NCBI GenBank assembly: GCA_038496445.1
Contig: JALMLS010000185.1
Location: forward strand, 1 to 64,000
From: Trichosphaerium sp. ATCC 40318
Lineage: Eukaryota; Protista; Tubulinea
Direction: 5' to 3'
DNA: 64,000 bases
Shown here piece after piece: positions 59,834-64,000 of this stretch (positions are counted from its first letter, which is position 1; each line of letters starts with the position of its first letter). A program made the translations under genes and the position numbers. The notes under the pieces are model-generated. The model saw nothing but the letters and a program-made list of their open reading frames with translations. It had not been told where the DNA came from and did not search any database.

Positions 59834-60736
59834 TAAATGACTACAACGAGGGGTAATTTTATGTCGAGAGTTGATTAAAGCGAAAAAAACAGAAAAAAAG
59901 ACCGTTAACGTACGCGTCCTTTGTAGTATCTAGTAAATCGGTCATACACGCGAATGGTATCACTTGAGAGTATCGCTTACGCTATTGCGATTGATGTCAC
60001 TTTACGGTCAAGGCTGAAATATTGTATCAGCCTTTTAGTTTCAACAACAACGCTATGTAAACTGTAATCCCACGTTTATTATCGAGCGCAAGATCAATGT
60101 GCTGTATCATTGAAAATCCTCAGTTCGAATGCAGCGACAGATGACCTTCCAGGCATCATTTCTAAGCGTAGACTAAGCTGTCAAACTACTTTTTCTGTGA
60201 TAAGACAAAAAACAAACAAAACATGCTTCTCATGGAGCTAACCTGTCTACAGCTGATGCATAGTAGGCAACTAAGCAAAACAAGCAGCTTCCTAGATTTG
60301 TAGCTATATTGGACTATTCAAGAAACGATTAACCAAATCACCGTTTTTCAGAAATACACTGTGAATACTCTTCTAGTAATGTCATAGGAGGAAGTCACAT
60401 GTGTTTTGAGATGCTACATAGGTGTTTCGTCGCCATCGCAGAAGTTCATTGGTGTCACTTCCTAAACTTCGGTTTTATGGTATTCTACGCTTTCTTAAAT
60501 CTTCAAAAGAACGCGCCATCACGTACACGACACTGCACTATATTAACAGAGTCCTGTTCTCCTTTTAAGCGTAATTCGTGAATAGTGTTTTTTCACGTAA
60601 CAATTAGACTTTGAGTTGTGTTCGCGTTTGAGCGAACGTAGCACTGTCTAGAGTTTTTAAGCGAAACGAGGTATTTTGACATTTGTTACTCGTTAAATGA
60701 ATCGAGAGCATTCAAAAATCATAAAGCACAACAAGA

Positions 60737-61144
60737 ATGCAGCAACACCAGTTCACCTTCAACGTTTCTGGGTCATGTAGACAAACCTCTACACATGCTC
60801 CAACAATAGCAACCTTATTACACGCCCAACAAAGCCCAGCGTCAGCAAACGCAAACGCAGGATGCATATTCAAGCACTTGGATAGTTTAAACACGCGTAG
60901 TGATAAATCTCAAGCGCATAGAATTCCATCGCAACTTGTTTTTTATCACATGGATTGTTCTAAAAGCGCTACAGAACAACCAGCCGTAACAATAAAAAAA
61001 ACTCCAATGAAACGGACTCTACAAAAACGAAAAAGTGTCATTGCAAGGCCATGCGCATTGAGGCTAACACCTCCAATACCTGGTAATTGTAGCTACCAAG
61101 AGCAAATAGCATACCTGCTACACTCATACGCGAACATCTTATAA
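60737..61144 (+). CDS. Hypothetical intronless protein (135 aa)
   Basis: ATG-initiated ORF; no recognised domain. Confidence 0.4.
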   Translation: MQQHQFTFNVSGSCRQTSTHAPTIATLLHAQQSPASANANAGCIFKHLDSLNTRSDKSQAHRIPSQLVFYHMDCSKSATEQPAVTIKKTPMKRTLQKRKSVIARPCALRLTPPIPGNCSYQEQIAYLLHSYANIL

Positions 61145-61427
61145 AAGAATCCCGTAATTAACAAAACACACCACATGTACATACACAATCATGTAAACTA
61201 AACTAAAACAGAATTCCGACAAGAAAACTTCAGTCTACAATTTCTTTGTTTGACGACACACAACACGTACCATTCAATTAATTTCATGCACCAATCCGCT
61301 ACCCTCCAGTTGGGTTTTTAGTGCTTGTCTCAAAAGCTTATTTTAGGTAAAAGTTAGTGACCAAACAGAGAATTTTCATTTAACGAGGTCGATTATGTAA
61401 TCGAAAGTTTCTTTTTTACTTTTGTTT

Positions 61428-63311
61428 TCAGGATATCGAAAGACGAGATTCAAGATCTAAAATTTGGTTTACAAGGCCCAATCTATCTTGAATACGTTCT
61501 TTTACCTTACGCATATCTCTCTACAAGCAAGAAACTGTGAGTAACTGTACCTGAAGGAACAACAAATATAGCTTTTTTTTTCAATTGCACGTGAATTCGT
61601 TTTTTATTACTTGGTTTTTTTTTTTGATGAAAAATGACCGTGCCTGTAAGAAATGTACACCAACTGCAGTAACAACAAGTAACCCAGGAAGACCAGAATC
61701 GCTGAAATCCTCAAAGTACAAACCACATATTGGCGCTCCAAAATTACGCTTGAAAAGAAGTGTATACTCTGATCTTGCTGCAATATTTGTATGAGAGGAT
61801 ATCTCTTTTTCTTCATCAGTAGACTTGCTAGGACAGTATTTGTACACTAAAACAACACCTAAAAGAGAATTAAACAAGCTACCAGAAAGAGAATTGACTT
61901 GAACATAAAAACCTCACCTGACGCAGTTCCCAAGAAAATCTCACTGTCACCATCCCAATCATAGTCACCAATAGTTGACGTGGTTATAGTTCCATAACTT
62001 GTAGAATCTGGGAGGTAATGTACGTCACTTAAGCCATGCATAACGGACCTTAAGACAGGAAAGCGTTAACACTGTTGCAAAACAAGCAAACATTTACTCG
62101 TACCTAAAAACAGCTGCGAATCCAATTGCTGAGCCAACCAAAACGTTTAAACCTACATTTTCTTTACGCGGAGAGTTGGTTTCAACTGCTCTCGAATGTA
62201 TAGCTTTTAACAAATGGTTACGAGGCTCAACGGCTTTGCTACGATCTCTGAATGCTAATACTGTTGATAAAGGTCCATCTAAAAGCTTATTGTATATTCT
62301 AAATGTTTCTCCAGCTATCAAACGAATCAGCAGCGCCACAATAATCTCAGCAGTTTACCTTCGCGTTGCCGCACGTAAACTTGTAACAACCCGTTTTCAC
62401 ATGCCAACACACAGAACCTACGTGCAGTTGTATCTATGAGCCTTGCGTTGGAATCAACATCTAACGCTAAAACACATTCTTGAAAGCATTAAGGAGTAAA
62501 CAACGAAATATGAGCGTATGAAATATAGGAACTTGTAGGATACCGTCTGGTAAGTTTTTTGGAAGGAGTTCTGGGATTTGTTGCTGAATGCCTTCAAATA
62601 TCTGAAAGTTGCCAATCTCAGAACGATGATACGCGTATACACCATTATCAGACCCAGTAACTAGGAGAAGGGATTCTCCAGTCTTTTTTAATCTGATAAA
62701 TTCAATCAAAACTACAAACCGGATTTTATCATTACCTTGTACTCGATATTGCTATAGGTACGTAATCAACGCTTAACACTTGTCTGAACATGACACCTGG
62801 GGATAATTCTTGCCCATCGGAGCTTGACCCTGCTAGCAATTTGTCGTAAAAGTGTAACTGATATGATTTCTGCTTTTCTATCTAAATAGCTGAGCGTAGA
62901 GCGTTATTGGTTTAGTTGTACCTTTTCTACGACACCAACTGCAATTATTGGTACAGGAGCACTCAAATCAACGTAGCAACCCATACATACAATCCTTGTG
63001 CTATAGTATACCATTAACAACACAGAGCATGACAGTTTCACTAAATGTGGAGTACATTACCTCTTGTTGTAAAAATCAACGTTGAGAAGCTGCTTAGACA
63101 CTAATGCAAGGCTCCCATTATCATTCTTCACAACGTTAAACGCCAAAATGCCAGTTTCAACAGCTAAGACAACCTGTGGGTTAAAACAAGCTACAAGAGC
63201 AATATCGCGTACTGTATGGCCTTTTGGGCCGTATTGGACCAACGCGCTACTACAACGATTTGTACGGCCATTCACATGAAGGTAATCAAGTTCATCAAGT
63301 CCTACATCCAT
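61428..63311 (-). CDS. KPTN: Kaptin (KICSTOR subunit)-like
   Basis: LLVTGSDNGVYAY, LDGPLSTVLAF, NVLVGSAIGFAAVF, DYDWDGDSEIFLGTASGEVFMFK, FGAPICGL..DFSDSGLPGLLVVTAVGVHFLQ, C-terminal helix. Confidence 0.8.
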
Positions 63312-63685
63312 AATACCATTACTTCAGTGTAATATTGCCACTTATCTCAAAATTGAAACACACAAAAAGCTTAACAATAATAAAAGGTAGCTTAATTTAA
63401 GATCTCTCAAAGACGTTATTTTTACAAGACATAATACAAGGTTGGATATAGCGGTTTGGCGCGTTAAAGAATTCAGCCAACACGATTTTTTTTTTGTAAG
63501 TTTCTGTTCGGCCATGCCATTAACCAGGTTTTTTTTTGTTGCAGATCACCACATCCTAAAAAGCTTGGTTAGAATATACACTTTGTGTACCGCCGAGAAT
63601 TATAATAAAAAAACGGCACGAAAATTAGACAAAAAAAAAAATCCTTGCTGGGGAGAAAACTACGTACTGCGTTTGTTACAGTTGT

Positions 63686-64000
63686 TTATAACAACGTGCA
63701 AACGCGTTTTCGCTTTACACGAACAGCGCCACCTGAACCATCCTAAAACACAATTTTAGAATACACGAGGTATGCTAGAATAAAACAATATACCTCATTA
63801 ACTGTAATAGAAACTACAGCACGCGCTGCTTCATCAAAAACTAATTTGAGACCTCTTTGAGTTAAAGCAGAGCACTCAACATAGCATGTAGCATTAATTT
63901 CTTTGCATAGTGACTCTCCTTGTTCAGTGGCGATTGGTTGTTGTCCTTGTGCGTCTAGTTCTTTGAGGGTGCCTTCTTCTTCACGTAAATCAATTTTTGT
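63686..64000 (-). CDS. Rac/Rho-family GTPase, 3' part (runs off window end)
   Basis: TKIDLRE...YVECSALTQRGLKLVFDEAARAV / ...RVKRKRVCTLL* (polybasic + CaaX). Confidence 0.92.

Larger units (their letters stand above)
55622..60180. repeat. ~2.05-kb inverted duplication (arms 55622-57670 and 58134-60180; ~460-bp spacer)
   Basis: cagcttagtctacgctt at 55622 is the reverse complement of aagcgtagactaagctg ending 60180; near identity through upstream DNA, intron and CDS. Confidence 0.92.

Noticed and set aside
1-64000. Alternative genetic code or U12/AT-AC introns
   Set aside because: TAA, TAG and TGA all terminate conserved genes, and all junctions I modelled fit GT-AG or GC-AG

Overview
AT-rich, intron-dense eukaryotic DNA using the standard code, with mostly 40-70 nt GT-AG introns and a few GC-AG. 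The gene content (tectonin propeller, plant/bacterial-type glutaminyl cyclase, LRR receptor-like protein, Rab32, kaptin) suggests a free-living protist, probably amoebozoan; this is inference. A gene-dense core (about 10-16 kb, 22.7-44.4 kb, 61-64 kb) holds UBA-Kelch-BTB, START, a K+-channel-like gene, SMIM8-like, F-box/MORN, DnaJ, RPB8, Yippee, a GPI-type Kelch protein, WD40, an LRR-RLP, a tectonin/Zn-finger protein, Rab32-like, KPTN and Rac. It is interleaved with rapidly duplicating accessory blocks: an expanded F-box/LRR family (8 copies or fragments), four copies of an unusual Rab1-derived GTPase, a 4-TM membrane family and a duplicated putative transcription factor. Most notable: (1) each of the five long (>250 nt) intron types examined folds back into long hairpins, and two have short counterparts in paralogues; (2) a Rab1-derived family with an N-myristoylation motif, no C-terminal Cys and the catalytic Gln replaced; (3) an inverted F-box/LRR pair whose spacer looks flipped; (4) a K+-channel pore with an AGVGYG filter; (5) strong CACGTG enrichment in introns. 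Gene models were spliced by eye; no database searches or folding programs were run.
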